The notes beneath the pieces were generated by a model. That model had not been told where the DNA came from, made no database searches, and saw nothing but the letters and a program-made list of their open reading frames with translations. From the NCBI GenBank assembly GCA_964035545.1, contig OZ037765.1, forward strand, positions 7,016,698 through 7,080,697: a stretch of DNA of 64,000 nucleotides. Reading direction: 5' to 3'. The translations under genes and the position numbers were made by a program. Below, piece by piece: positions 26,881-41,800 of the stretch. The first letter of the stretch is position 1. The number at the start of each line of letters is the position of its first letter. The stretch comes from Bugula neritina. Its lineage: Eukaryota > Animalia > Bryozoa.

Positions 26881-29800
26881 TTACGGTACATCCATTTTTA
26901 CAACAAAAATTCCACTTATAAAAAAATATGCAGCTGTTATAGCAAACAGAATTATGTATCCCAAGCCAAGTTCACAGTTGAATTGTTCAAAGAAGTCGAG
27001 GATAAATCCGCCAATAGGGGTCGCTAGCACTTGTGGCAGTACCAATGCCTAAAAAACAAAATAAGTTGTTTTCTAATAAAACTGAACAGACTTGCAGCTG
27101 AGCTACATACACAGTAGAAGCAATAGCTTATGGAATAAACTAGAACAGTATGTATGACAATCTATAAACTTTCTTGTCAGAACTTGCAAAAGTATTGCTC
27201 TAACTACAAACTGCTGACTCCTACTTTCATGGGACTATATTAGAAAAAATACAGATATGAGTATGCAGCCATATTTCAACATGCTGCATATAGTATGTAA
27301 ATTCAATATGCAACATATTGGGAGTGGCATTTTACAGTCTATCAGAGAAGTAATTACTGCTTCACTCTTTGGAAACTTCCAGATTCTTCATAAGATATGC
27401 ACTACTACAAACCTGATTCCACACAGCTATGTCTTTGGCTTTGTTGTGGATTGAAGGAAGGATGTCCAATAAAAGAGCAAAATCTACCGACAAATACGTA
27501 CCATATCCAATACCTGTAAAATTGTGGCGAGAGAAATCAATACTGTGACACAATATCTTATTGATGAGTTTTATAATATTCAAGTGGTATTTAAATAATC
27601 TGAAATTCTGCCACTATAACTTTGCAATATAAAATCAGTCAGTGTCACACAAAAATTCTTGGCTTTATGCCATGTATTTAATTTGCACAATATTAGCAAC
27701 AGCATATTATTCAAAGTCAGTTTCTTTGACAGATGTGTTTTGGAGTGTAGATTCTATACATATGGTCAGCTTACCACTCACAAACAGTAGTACCAGGGTG
27801 ATGTAGTAAGACCAGTACCTTCCTCGGATTACAGTAAAACAGCCAGCTGATAAACTCATCAATATGGCTAAAAGAAACCAATGTACATACTGTATAAGTA
27901 CACAAAGTTATTGATATTTCTGCTATAGATGTGCCCTGTGTAGGTTGCCGATATTATTTGCATTTGTAGTTAAATTGTTCTATTTATAAAGTACTTCCTG
28001 GTATGCTGTGTTCCCATAATTACTAGTAAAATTTCCCCAGCGCTATTTTCTGCCCTCAAAGTTCTACCGTAACTAGGAAGTAACCAACAGCGCATTGTAT
28101 TCGTGTATTCATTCAAAACCTTATACATCATATAGTTTTATATATGTGCAGTAAAACGTGGCAGCAACATACCTTCAATTATAAAAAGATGCAATGCAGA
28201 CATCAGCAAAACTATTATCACTGCATTTCCATTGCTTCCCATTATTGGAATGTATTTTTCATTGGATGTTTGCGGACAGTTGCATGGAATAAAACTACAA
28301 CCATAAGTTAATGCAAACTGCAACCACAAATCCATTAGAAGCAATGGAAATGCAGTATATTTGACATTATCAGTCACAGAACTAATTGTGATATTTTATT
28401 TTTGACAGCTAGTTGCATTGCTGCAACCTATCTTTATATCAACTTACAGCTACCCTCCACCTTAGTCTACTGATGTAGTCAAGATAAAACACAAGAGTCA
28501 TGTGAGCATGTGTGTGTATAAACAAGGAAATAAAGGCTCTGCAAACATCACACCATGTAAAATTTTCAACGCAACACTTGTTCCAATGTTTGAAAACTTG
28601 TACCTATTTATAATGAAGGATTCAAAAAATTGGCAGATGACACTAATGGTGTATCTTATACTGATTATCTTGAATTTGTGTAACTGGGGCCTCTGGCTAT
28701 GGCCTCAACCAATGGGGTTTGGGCACAAATTGCACAGTCTGTCTCACAAGGTCGGTCAAAAGTAGCTGTACAGCCATTTGTTTGTAAAACTTGTAACTAG
28801 ACTATATGTAATGCATGTCAGGTATGCAATATGTGCTAGTTTTGTGTGGACAAAATCTTGTATAATGCAGTAATTTAAAACTAGTTTTTCATTTTTAGAC
28901 TCATCCCTCTTTTACATAATAGTAAATAGATAACAAATCGTTATCATTGACGTTAGTCGCTGTATACTGCTTTTAGTTCATGGAGCTTTATTTTCTGACA
29001 GTATTTCGATATCATATATGCAAAATATATTTCTGGGAAAGTGAATTGTTTTTATAACTCATTATTTCAAGTATTGTAAACATCTTAAATCCCTAGAAAG
29101 TATTATACTTACAAGCTGATATGACTAAAGGTTTCCTTCGTTTAATTCTATCTGAAAGCAGCCCAAATAACACCGAGCTGTAAAATGCAAGGAATACTAT
29201 ATTATATTATATGATTATTATATTTATATATTGTATATTGCAGCAAAAAACATTATTTAAATAATAGCGATTTAAATAGAGGAAGATAAAACAATGGAAA
29301 AAGACAAGGAAGATTGTTACAAACCTTTGACTCATCGTATTAAATGCTAGTTGTGCTATCACAATATAAAATATGCCAGTAGTAGAATACAGTTTATTTC
29401 TTACAAGCATGAGTTTTTAGAATGTAGGCTATACTAACTAGACATTCAAGGAAAATATAATTCTCTCTTTATAGATAACTATTTTTGTGTTCTAAAACTA
29501 CTGAGCTCTTTATCATCACAACAGAAACGCAGATATATAACAATACTGTGAGTGCCGCCAGAAATTCCTATAACACTGCTTATTACTAAAAAGAGTCAAG
29601 TTGTTAGATACCACAAACTAATATCAATTGTTATCAATAAATAGCAAATGCTTCTAGGAAAATGTTGCAACAAAATGACAAATAACCATGGAAAACTATA
29701 TTTAGCAGGCTAGACTGGGCACTGACAAGGAAATAAAGATTGTTGCCACAATAATATGTCTAAACATAAATGGTTTTTATACTGGTTCTTACTGCAGGTT

Positions 29801-32800
29801 TAGTTAATTTACAGAATATTAATTGGCACTTAAAAATCAATAAATTGCCGGATTTACAGTGATTTTCCAGGGAGCTGGTGTGAGTTATATGGGAGTGGCT
29901 TGCAGCTATAACTTTGTTGAGATATGTTCATATTAAATCTAATAAAATCAACTGTTCACAAACAACTATCTAATGGGAATATCCAAAGCTAAGAGAGTCA
30001 CATCATATGTTAGCTGCATTCTAAATTGAAGGCTAGAATTAATTAAGTTCAACAATTTAGTGATGGAAATAATGTAATTATAGTTTGTAGAATTTAGCTC
30101 GGCTGGTTGCTCCAAGACATGCATCAATCTGTTATACTGTATTGCGATTCTGATTTAAATGTATAACTATATTTGTAATAAAACTTTAGTGAAAATGTAA
30201 CATGTATGACATTCTGATCTGCCAGTCATTTAGTAAACGTAGTGCTTGTTTGTTTTAGAGCCAAAAATCTATTTTCTATTTATTTGATAGTAGCTAGTCA
30301 CTGCATGTGTGCTTAGCAACACACCTGTAAAGGTAATTCCTGAGTATCTAATCAAAGTTTAATGGTGGGAATAGTTCATCTAGAATATTGAATCATACTT
30401 AGTAGCAGAGTATTTATATGTATACACTGCATTAAAGAACTAAATCCATCCTGGACTTATCCCAGCCTGAGTCAACAATGAATAATAGTATTGCAACAAT
30501 TTGAAACAATACTCTATTATTATAATATAATTTAAAGAATAAAATTTGCAGCAATCCATTCATTCAGATTAATATTTGTTCATCAGATGAAATTTCTCAA
30601 CATATCAGTCTGTGAAATTGACTTTGCAGACTTGTAGGTATTAAATACTGCTGTTGAATGACATCAGGTTGCTCTAATTTCCTTGACATTTGATCGCAAA
30701 ATGGACACCTCATTTTGCATTTTTTGCAATGATCTATAATCTTATTTTTCCTTATACAGTGCAATTTATCACCATTACTTTAATAATCTGCACAACAGTG
30801 AACACTAATCTAAATTTATTTGTGATAATATTCAATGGCATAAAGCATTAATATTATTTTTATTTTTTGGCTAACTATACATAACTACTGCACAACATTT
30901 TAGAGTGTGTTTAGCTTTTATTAATGTTCTGGTTTTGGTCTATATTTTATATTTTGTGTGCCACAAATTTATAAAAATTCAATTATAACTCAATTTAATT
31001 AGATACATATATGTTTAAAATAATGCAGAAGCAGTTAAATTTTTTTCTCATAAAAATAATTAGAATAGACAGTTTGATTTGTGTTGTTGCATTGCTTGTA
31101 TCTGGCAGAAATTCAAGTTCACATATTACAGCAAACTAGGAAAAACACATATTATCAAGTATTAAGAACCATTTAATTAAATTAGAAACTTCAAACAGCT
31201 AGGAAACGAAATTATCCCACATACATTTCACACATCTGCCAGCTGGGTGGCCCTGCCATAAGCAATCAACAACTGCAAAGAACTAAACATAAAAATTTTT
31301 CCCAAATAGCTGACTCTATATTTAAAATTGCAGAAAACATAATAAAATTTGAAATCATTTAGCATGCAATAAGTTTTTATTTACATGATCTAATATGTAC
31401 TTTGCTACTTTAAAAGCTTTTCACACTCACGAGAATTTTGAAATACATATGTGTAACTGATAAAGTTACACAACCAAGCTGATGATAAACAGCAATGAGG
31501 AATTTTAAATTGCCAATTTCTTGCCAATAACACAATATAAAATAACAAGGAACATTTGAGTAAGCAGCAAAGCATAGTTTGTAAGTTCAATAACAAAGAA
31601 ATATCAGGTTTCAAATCTCAATCTTTTGATGAGAGAAAATAACATTTTGTTTCCTCATTGAGTTCTATCAAGTGTGCACAGTTAGGTGCTACACTCTATG
31701 CTTATAGTTACGGAAAGAAACATTATAATTTGGATAATATTGCAGTTACTTCAAGAAAAAATGAAAAATTATTTATATGTTTCAAGTAATAAATAAATTT
31801 TATAAGCAAATTGTCCGTTTTATGCAATAAATTATTAAGTAAATTTACCAAAAAAAACCAATGTCATTTTAAAGTCACTCCATAGCCCAGGAGATGTTCA
31901 GTAAACTAATACTCAACTCAAACCATAAATTTATGAATCATCATATGCAATGTATAATTATGTCAAACCCTTTCAACTTTCAATATTCAAGAAATTTAAG
32001 AATATGCATACTTGTTCCTCTTCAGTATTTACAATAACAAAATAATTTAATATTGCATTTATATACATAATTCACTCATAAGTCTGGCTAAGAGAATCAC
32101 AGCAGTTTTAAGCTTATTCCCATTTGGTAATATCATATCTCAAGGATATGAAGATAACGATAAATAACCTCTAAACATTGTTTACAGTCTAGCTAGTATT
32201 ATTCAAACCCATAAACATGGTGTATAAAATTTTTCCTGCTTTCAACAAAAACTTCCTCATACGGACAGTAAACATTGCAAACTATTGGTGTGTTTGTGAT
32301 TTGCCATAATTATAAGAATTGTTACAAAACTATTCTAATATCAGAAATAATATACTATTATCATGATGACATTGCTAGCAAGTGCATTTGTGCCTAAGGA
32401 TATTATGAAGTCATACAGACAAGGTTGCATCTGGTACAGAGGCCCGTTGCATACAACTGTAACCTTAGTTATACTTAGAAGTTTTAGATAGTGGCAGTTG
32501 CCTAAATTCATCGCTTTATAACCCACAGAAAGTCAAACTGATGCAGCTCATACCAATAAATGTATGTTCAAACTATACTCTGAGACAAACCTATCACTAT
32601 TGTTGGATAATAAGTTTGCTTGACTGTCTCAGATAACCAAAACACTTGTCTCCTCTTCAATGCAGAGATAGAAACTAAGTTCCTTAATAATTATGCAGGT
32701 GCCTTGTTATAACAGACTAGTATTGCCTTTCTTTAAGTATCAGTGCTATGCATTGAACTATAATCACTTAAAGCTTTAACCCACAAATAGCATTTGCATT

Positions 32801-35800
32801 TTACTATATTTCATCTTCAACTTTTGATCAAGGGTACTATGTACTGCATCTACCTACTATGTAATAACTACAATGTACTACCTACTATGTATTACCTACT
32901 GTGTATTACCTACTGTGCATTACCTACTGTGTATTACCTACTGTGTATTACTATTTACTACTACATGCTGCTTTGTACTATCTAGTATATATAAGCACTA
33001 TCTTCCAGTGCAGAATTAAAGCCTGCATTATATAATATCATACTGAGAGCACCTGCCTAGCTGCTAAAGCACCTGCCTAGAGTGCAGATCTACTAGGTCA
33101 TAGGAGTGATTTCCTACTAGACAAAGAATTCTCCCGTCCTTCGTATCAAAGGTTTTCATAGGAATAGAGACTTGAAACAAAAGTGAAAAACTTGTATATA
33201 TCATAATCACCATATGGCTGCTGATATCACGAGGGGAATCATCAGTATAGCTACGGCCTTCTCCTTCGACCAGCAGTTGGGAACAAACACCATGTCCGAC
33301 ACCCAATATTGAACAAACCTATCAACATTATCAGAACAACATATGTATTAGGGCATGAAAAGAGCAATAATACAGTTATTTTTTTTTTACAATGCCAATA
33401 AGGCAAAAACATGTGTGATGCAGGTAATGTTTTGCGTTTATTAGCCAAGTGTTTATGGCAGTTAAATTTAAGGAAAGAACAAAGATGTTCTGTAATCTTA
33501 TCATTATTCCATTATGTCACACAGCACCAACAAAGTAAAGAAACTGATCAGCTGATCTAAACAGCTATCACGGAACTTTGGCAAGTTTCCAACAAGGAAA
33601 AAATGGATAAGCACTCGATAGAATCATGCTTTGTAGGGTATGCATGGGTGCACGAACACAATACCAGCATAAACACTGGCATCTGCATGTTTTCTATAAC
33701 TCAGTCTTCTATTGCTTGGAATATTTGAACCAGTACACACTAGGGTGACCTATTAGATAATTAGACAAACCATGTGGACAAAGTTTGAAAATATAATATT
33801 CTAAACTGCTGTGAGTTTTATGATTTGTCTAAAAATAAGGACATATATATAGGGAGCAGCCGTGGTCTAACGGTTAGAGTGTTTGGCTTAGTAAACACAC
33901 AGTTATGGGTTAGAACCCCAGTAAAGGCCATTGGTGATGTTAGGAAGAGCATCCAGTCATCATTACTCCTGTGCCACATATGAATAAGTCCTTAACCTGC
34001 TTTAAAAAATCCTTTCCATCAGGGGTCCTCACAGGGATAGTGACTATAAGCTTGCAGGAGTTTTTATAACAAATATATATATAAAGCTCTGAGCATCAAC
34101 TATTCCTTATAAATAATGAATAAGCTTTACTCAAGTTAAATATTGCTTTTTCTATACACTTTTATAAAGTGTAAGGTCCAAGTATCATATTTTATAAATA
34201 TTGCGTTATGTGTTTCCCACAGATGTAATGGAAAGGCCAGAAACTGCTAAATATACAACATTCAATCAGATTGAGTTTGATGATGGTTATATGAGCAAAA
34301 TCAGCAATTATTCATTCACTTAGTATGAAATAGAAATTAACTGGTATAGACTAAAAACAGAATTAAAAATAAACATGAAGAAAAGCAAACTATTACAAGT
34401 AAATGCTATTGACTTTCAGAGTTAGCTAAATAAACAAATATCTTTAATAGCACATCAACTAGAGAAATATTAGGCTTGATAAGTTAAAACTTTTAGCCTC
34501 ATTCTTACTCCAAAAATATTCTAAATGGGAATTTCGGGTATTAATCGATAATTGCTCTTACGTAAATACAGTAGATACTCCTTGCTGCATCATGAATCTA
34601 GTAAAGAAGAGCCACCGGAAGTTCTTGTCTACAATGAGAACAATTGAGATAGGTGCAGTAATGGAAAAATTGAAAAAAGCCTGTGTTCTAGATTAAAAAT
34701 GCAGCTAAAGAAGTTACGTTCTCGTGAGAATTTTAACCCTCGACCCAAACAAAAATGTATTAATAAAATTAAAGAACTTAGGCTATCTCAATTTCTCCAC
34801 TACTGCTCCTTGTGTGAGAATAATCATATAATAAAATGAATTGTTGCTGTTGTAAAAATTCTATAAGAATCATTATCAATGACGTAATGGTTGGAATCCA
34901 CTGAACAAAGATCACAAAAGGTACTTTGAGCTCTTGAAATTTGTGACCACTTGTGATGAATAACTTGAAAACTTTAAAAATAAACACAACTTAAGGATGT
35001 AGATGGTGAAATTAGTTGGTTTTATTTACAGGAAATTTGAAATATAAAAGTTTTGAAGTGAATCTAGTATAGCATACATCAGCAAATTAAAGTAAATTTG
35101 CTGATGTATACTATACTAGTTTTATATTAGCAGCTGTTTCTGTATAGAATTGTAGACACCATAATAAACAAATGTTGTTAATTGCTTATTACCATTTTTC
35201 TTTTGACTTTTTGAGGTTAGAGATGATGAACCCTAATTTAAATGGAGATGTGAAATATTTTACAGAGAAAATATATATGAACTCTTCCAACAATATTAGT
35301 TCTATTAGAGCTTTAGGTTATGTCATAAGCAGTTGAAGCAAAGATTTCAATTGGTTTTGAACATACTAAATTTGTAATTTGAGAAGAGATTCTTTTGATG
35401 CTGTAAGGTCCACCAACAAAAACAACTCAGCTACTGTAATACACAGGATGTGTGGACCAGAGACCTATACCCCAGCAATAGTGACACTCATCTTATCAAA
35501 CAGTTTTTGAGATTTAAAAGCCAGCCAAGCCTTTCAGGAAGCATTTCCTCAATCGCATTCCAATTGATGAATGGTATTTCTTAATGCTATACCAATCTTG
35601 AAATAAGGTATGATGATGCATGGGTAAAAAATAACAGCCAGAGCCAAGCGAGGCCTGATCCTGTTTAATAGTAGATTTCCTCGAGTGCAATGGTTTTCAT
35701 TATGATTACTGAGCTATTTCACTCAACAGAGTCTGTAGTCTGTAGCCTCATTTGATAAAAAAGCAACAAGTAATATAATAATTAAGATTATCTGTAATTT

Positions 35801-38800
35801 GGGAATAGCTTATTTAAACCGCATAATATGCCTCCTCAAAACACAACCAAAAATAGTAATCTATAGCTAGATTTCCATCTGCTGAACTTACAGAATATTT
35901 GGGGAGCAAAACTCTACTGCCCTATAATGAGTCCAAAAAATATTCACGGTAATAATTAGTAAGCAAAGATATTTCACTAAAGGGTAAGAGTTGCTGGGAG
36001 ACGCCATAATGTTACACATAATATATCATATATGTAACATTATTTTCATCAGGCATATATATAAGGTATATCCTACGAACTTAATTGTGGCCATCCTTTA
36101 AAGTTTTTGATCAATCTAAAAAATCCAATGCTTTGTGATAATGGCCATATAGTTGCAGTTGACGAATGAGGAAGGCCCTTACTTAAATCGCAGATGGAGA
36201 AAAGTTATCCAATTATCAGTCTTTTTACTAAACTTGTTACAATACAAAGACATAACATGTGAGCTATATCATCCTTTAAACTTGCAATTAATCATATTGT
36301 TTACATTTTTTTTCAATGCTACAAACATATAGAAAAGTAAAAATAAAACCATAGAACAAGTTAAAACTCACTGATAGGTAAATCAATTTTAATTCTATCA
36401 AAGAAAAATTAATGCTCAAAACTTTTTAAAAACAATATACTTGGACAATAATTTGTAAATTTTTAACTAATGTATTTATATTTTACTGGAAATTTTAGTT
36501 AAAGTGGACCTAAACTTGTATAATACAGTTTCACTAGCTCAAAAAAGGAAAAAATGGTTTCGCAAGTGTGAAAGTGCATCGTAATGTTCTATAAAAAAAT
36601 GCAGGACATCTGCAACGTGACAAACTGTCTGAATATGAGTTTGATCATGTGACTTTCCTTGTGGTACAGGAAAGCAACTTATGAGTATCAGGTTGTAAGC
36701 AACCAGCATTTAAAAAATTATATAATTGCATTTTTCCAAATCAATAAATTACAGAGAGCTACGTACCAAACTTATTCATGACTTCATTATCATTCTGATT
36801 GCAATACACTAGCATATCTATTTTGATATTAATATTTTAAAGGAAACTACATGAATAACTTATATTAAGAAACTTTGAGTAAACCATATTGAAAAAACTC
36901 TGCCAACAAAAATAATCCTCTAACTCAACAATTTACAAGTCAAATATGTAGATTTTCTGGCCGGCAATGTATACTATTTACTAACATAAATAGGTTTGCC
37001 TCATATTTGATTGAAAACTGTTTACTCTGAGCTTAACCCCTCCGCAGAGTAGCCCAAAAACCTGCGCAGTCTTGTAGAAATAACATGGGCTGATGATTGT
37101 TGGTATTAGTTTAACACTTACGAAAACTTTATTAGACCTAACCAATATACTTAGGCTGTAATTCCTTTTGCATAACTGAAAAACAAATAAAGTAATTAAG
37201 TAATAAAATAAAGGTGTGAATCAAGGAAATGAAAGGAGCCGTTTGAAAACACCTCTAATTCCGTTATAAACATTTAGGAGACAGTAGGTAAATCTAATCA
37301 GTAAGTAAATAAAACTACACGAGATCCCCACTAATAACTTTTATCGGCACTTGCTAAAACTAGCGTAATAATGAACAAGCATTTTCTCAAATTAATAAAC
37401 TACGAAATGCATATTTCATTTGAATATTTTGAAATCTGCCCTGTTATATTACAAAGTATAACTACAAACAGCAACTCTATGAGTACTATCTCGTAGGTGT
37501 AGTTATAGCAATAGCTGAAACAAGCATACTTACCATAATAAACAATTATAATTATTTTTATTAATTTTGAAAATTATATGCATTATGCAATTTTAAAAAT
37601 ACCCCTGCTTCGCGTAACCTGATGGCAGAAATCACAGGTTATTTCTAGCGCTATTAGAAAGAAAGTTTAAAGTGAAGAGAATTTTCAGAAGCAATCGAAA
37701 AGCAAAATATTTTTAATCTTATTTTGAAAATTATTGTCATTAATAGCCTTGATTAAAATAATTCCCATTATCAATTATCAATGCATAACTAACAAAATGT
37801 TATTTGATTTAATTCTTACCTTGAAAAGACTCAAAAATGGCTTGAACATATTTTCCACAATCTGTAAATGAAAAAGCGTTTGATTGTTGGCATAAGTCAA
37901 ACTAACATGCATTATCTAAAACAATGACATTGTTGGGCATAATTTACAGTAAACAATGAACTAGGTCCATACATAATACAACAATCATTCAAAATCAAAT
38001 GTATAATTAGAAAAGGAGTGATATAAATTTTTGCTTATTGTAATAATTTTGGCTAATATATAATTTCTGCATGAAAAATCGAGTATAGTACTATAATTGC
38101 TAGAGAAAATGCAGTAAAAACATAACAAGCTTATTAATGATTTGCTAGTCATGACTGGGACCCATTACTGTACCTTGCATCCTCAAATTCTAAAAATTAA
38201 GTGAAAATTGTGCATAAGTACTTTAATAGCATTTAGCAGCAGAATCTGAAAAAATCAATAGCCCAAGTTCTAATAAAAATCCTTCTGAGGAAAACATAAC
38301 ATTCTGGATAGAATTTTATCTTAGAATGTAATTATTTAAACTTTTTTAAAGCTGTACTACTTTAGAAAGTTAGACAGTTGATTGGAAATAATCATGCAAG
38401 TTCCAGGAAGCATTCATTGATTCAATTTATTTCCTTTTGTACAATTAAACTGCAATAATTAATTCCATATACAAGGAAACTAACAGCGTGCAATGATTTT
38501 TTCACATAACTGCACATTACAAAGATACTCCTATTACACAACCAATAGCATTCATCCTGATCTCTTCGTTGCAGGGGATTTAAAATTGCATTAAGATTTG
38601 TAGAAATCGTGACTGAAAAGTTCAGTAAAAGGAAGTATAAAGTAGTCTGCAGTTTGAATAATGCTAGCCAATAAAAATGCACTAAAAACACTTTAATTTA
38701 AATTAAATGCACCAAGTTTTTAATTTTGCAAAAAAATAGCATGATTCAAGGAACAAATTAAAAAGTACAAACATAACAGGAAAGTTATTTTATAAGCTGA

Positions 38801-41800
38801 TGTTGAAGCAACATGCAAAATGGCTGCAGCTCACTCAGGACAAGTGGTACTGTGAGTAAGCAGGCAGCAGTAAAATTATTAGTTGTGCTAGTAGTAGTAG
38901 CAGCAGCAGCAGTAGTAATAGGAAATAGTTGATAAAAAGCAACACTCACTCATAGAGTCATAGTTGTGGTTGTCATGTGACTCAGAGATGCACAGAAGGG
39001 TTATGCTGATGCAAACAAGTACAACTCCACTAATGATACCATATACAGTGTATACACTCATATCCTACAAGATACCATATACAGTGTATACACTCATATC
39101 CTACAAGATATCATATACAGTGTATACACTCATATCCTACAAAATACCATATACAGTGTATACACTCATATCCTACAAGATACCATATACAGTGTATACA
39201 CTCATATCCTACAAGATGCCGTATACAGTGTATACACTCATATCCTACAAGATACCATATAGCTACAGTGTATACACTCATATCCTACAAGATACCGTAT
39301 ACAGTGTATACACTCATATCCTACAAGATACCATATACAGTGTACACACTCATATCCTACAAGATACCATATACACTGTACACACTGTATACACTGTATG
39401 CATTCATATCCTACACAATACACTCTATATACACCAATTACCAGTTTCTTTATTACAAAATATAAAATTAAAAAAATTATTAAGAAACTAAAAACAAATT
39501 GTATATCAGAAACTCAAGGCGTTGTAATCTAGTTTTGTCACTGCAGCACTAAGCCAACAGAATCATTCAAACCAACAGATAACAATATATTAAAGCAACA
39601 ACTTTATCTTACTGCTGTTTTTATGCAATTGGCAGCCAAAAGCGCATTATGTAGTAACAAATTATATGCCAGTAGAAATCTCAGTAGTAACAAAAATATT
39701 TCGTTAGGTTTTATAATAGATCATTTTGGTAGATGGATTGAAGCCAAACATAACATAGAGATGCACCCAAAATACACTAAAGAAAAATTACACTTCTAGT
39801 TTAGATGTATCACAACATACAAATAAGCGTTAGTAGAAGTTGACATAATAATATAAAACTAATAATGTTTTTTATTTTAAGGAGGAAAAGTTGCAATATG
39901 CACCTACCAAAAGAGATTTTGAAAAGAATAAAATGTAAAATAAAACATTAGCTTAGAATGGGAGGTGGTTTTGGGTGGTATCCAGTGTCAGCTAGTAAAT
40001 AGCGGAGAGGTAGAGTCAGCTATGCTATGTGCATAGAAACAGTTGGCTTTCCATAAACACTTAAGTTCAGCTGACGAAAGAGATGGTAATTTTACCATAT
40101 ATATCAATAATATAGTAAGGAGAGAGAAAACCTTTACCAACAAGGCAGAGAATTAAAACTAAATCAGTTTTGTACACTTTTCTTGAAAAATACTCTGGTA
40201 GGAAGACAGTGGTGGATATAGGAAGAAGTTTGGACAGAATTAAGGGATTAAAAAAGTGATGTACAGCAATCGTGTGAATTAAAAAACAATTGTTAAAATT
40301 AAAAAGTAAAAAAAATTAAAAAATTGAAAAATATTAAACAATAGATGGTTTCATCATGGTACTATGTCCATATCTATATATAATATAATATAAAGCACGC
40401 ATACTAAACATGTATTGCCTATTAGATAATATACCAGGTTGAGCCTAATTGCTTTCGGTCACTTGTTTCTATAAACAGATTTTGTTCTGATCACGACATG
40501 AGTTACTACCCTGCAGTGAGGGTTAATACAGTAATAAGAAGTGCTACTTGTTATTGCTATATTTAGAAAAAAAGGCAACCTCCAATTGATCCATTGATAC
40601 TTTTAAATTGAAAGCTGTACGCATCAAGTCCCGAAAGAACAAAATTTTCATGCCATTGCAATACTTAGATTATTTACTAATAGATATATTATAGCCCGTA
40701 TGACCTAAGCCCATAATTTGTTGGTTATATATTTTGTAAATGGTGAGCAACAGGATGGCAGTTAGATAGAAGTTAGACACCCACCACATTTCTATTATAA
40801 GTAAATAATAGCTCATCTCACACAAAAGGATATCCTGTATTCTTATATGTTTTTATCATACAAAGGCGTGTAAGCCAGTAAAATTCTCAAATAGGCGTAG
40901 TTCATTCAAAAAATGTGGGTGTAGCAACATTACAAATATTTGCTATTGTTTTTCCGGCTACACTATGCATTGTCGCAGCATAACAACAAATACGTCATAG
41001 AAGTGACTTGTTTATGCATTGTACACATTATGTGGGCATGCGGGTAGAGTAGACCCAATATGCACTTGGTAATCATGCTAGCGCAATGAGCAATGTCATT
41101 AGATCACCCTGAAGGTCTTTAGACCAGGGAACAAGACACTCCCATAACAATACAGCAGTAAGCTGCCAACAATTTCCGTACAATGACACAGTCCCACACA
41201 AACGTGCTTCATCTTGGCAATTCATTCCAAAAACGTGTCATTTACTCACAAAATATATAGACAAGAAGCCAACATTTGTCAGCTGGACAGTAATATCTCA
41301 GTGTATAATGCTTGTACTGACACTACAGCAACACGCTTGATGCATACTTGATACAGACTTAATACAGACTTGACACAAACTTGATAAAAACTTGAAATAA
41401 ACTTGATATAAAGTTCTGTGAACAACACAGTCTATGTACTCATATACAGCATCTTTTACTAATGCAGTAAATAAAATGCTTTCTCTATATTATGAATATA
41501 AAACTGTTACCCATGGAGAGAGCATGATAAAAGCATAAAATATTATATCCGTATACAAAATACACGATTTTAACGACAAGCTGATCCATCTTTAGCTATT
41601 TTAATGAGTTCGTATACATTACATCAGAAATTTATTGTTACAGCTTTTTCAACTGCCACAGTAATAGCTGTAATTGGATCAAAAATAAAAAAGTAAAATT
41701 TTTCTTGGAAATTCGTAATAGATACACTCTGTTTAATGACATATCTAGAGTGACTGAGAAATGACTTGCAGTTGACAATTAATGGACAATACATCATAAA

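Noticed and set aside
28138-28377. Minus-strand ORFs at 28138-28377 and 55972-56169 as extra MFS exons
   Set aside because: The model is complete and phase-consistent without them.
33852-33925. tRNA gene
   Set aside because: Degenerate B box, no clean cloverleaf, and it continues into a repeated SINE body.
39035-39415. 36-bp repeats as a CRISPR array
   Set aside because: Units are head-to-tail with no spacers, there are no cas genes, and the DNA is eukaryotic.
38964-39491. 175-aa plus-strand ORF and overlapping ORFs
   Set aside because: By-products of the stop-free tandem repeat antisense to MFS exon 9.
39940-41300. Possible decayed TE fragments (also 35380-35760)
   Set aside because: Slightly different composition but no motif, terminus or second copy I could support.
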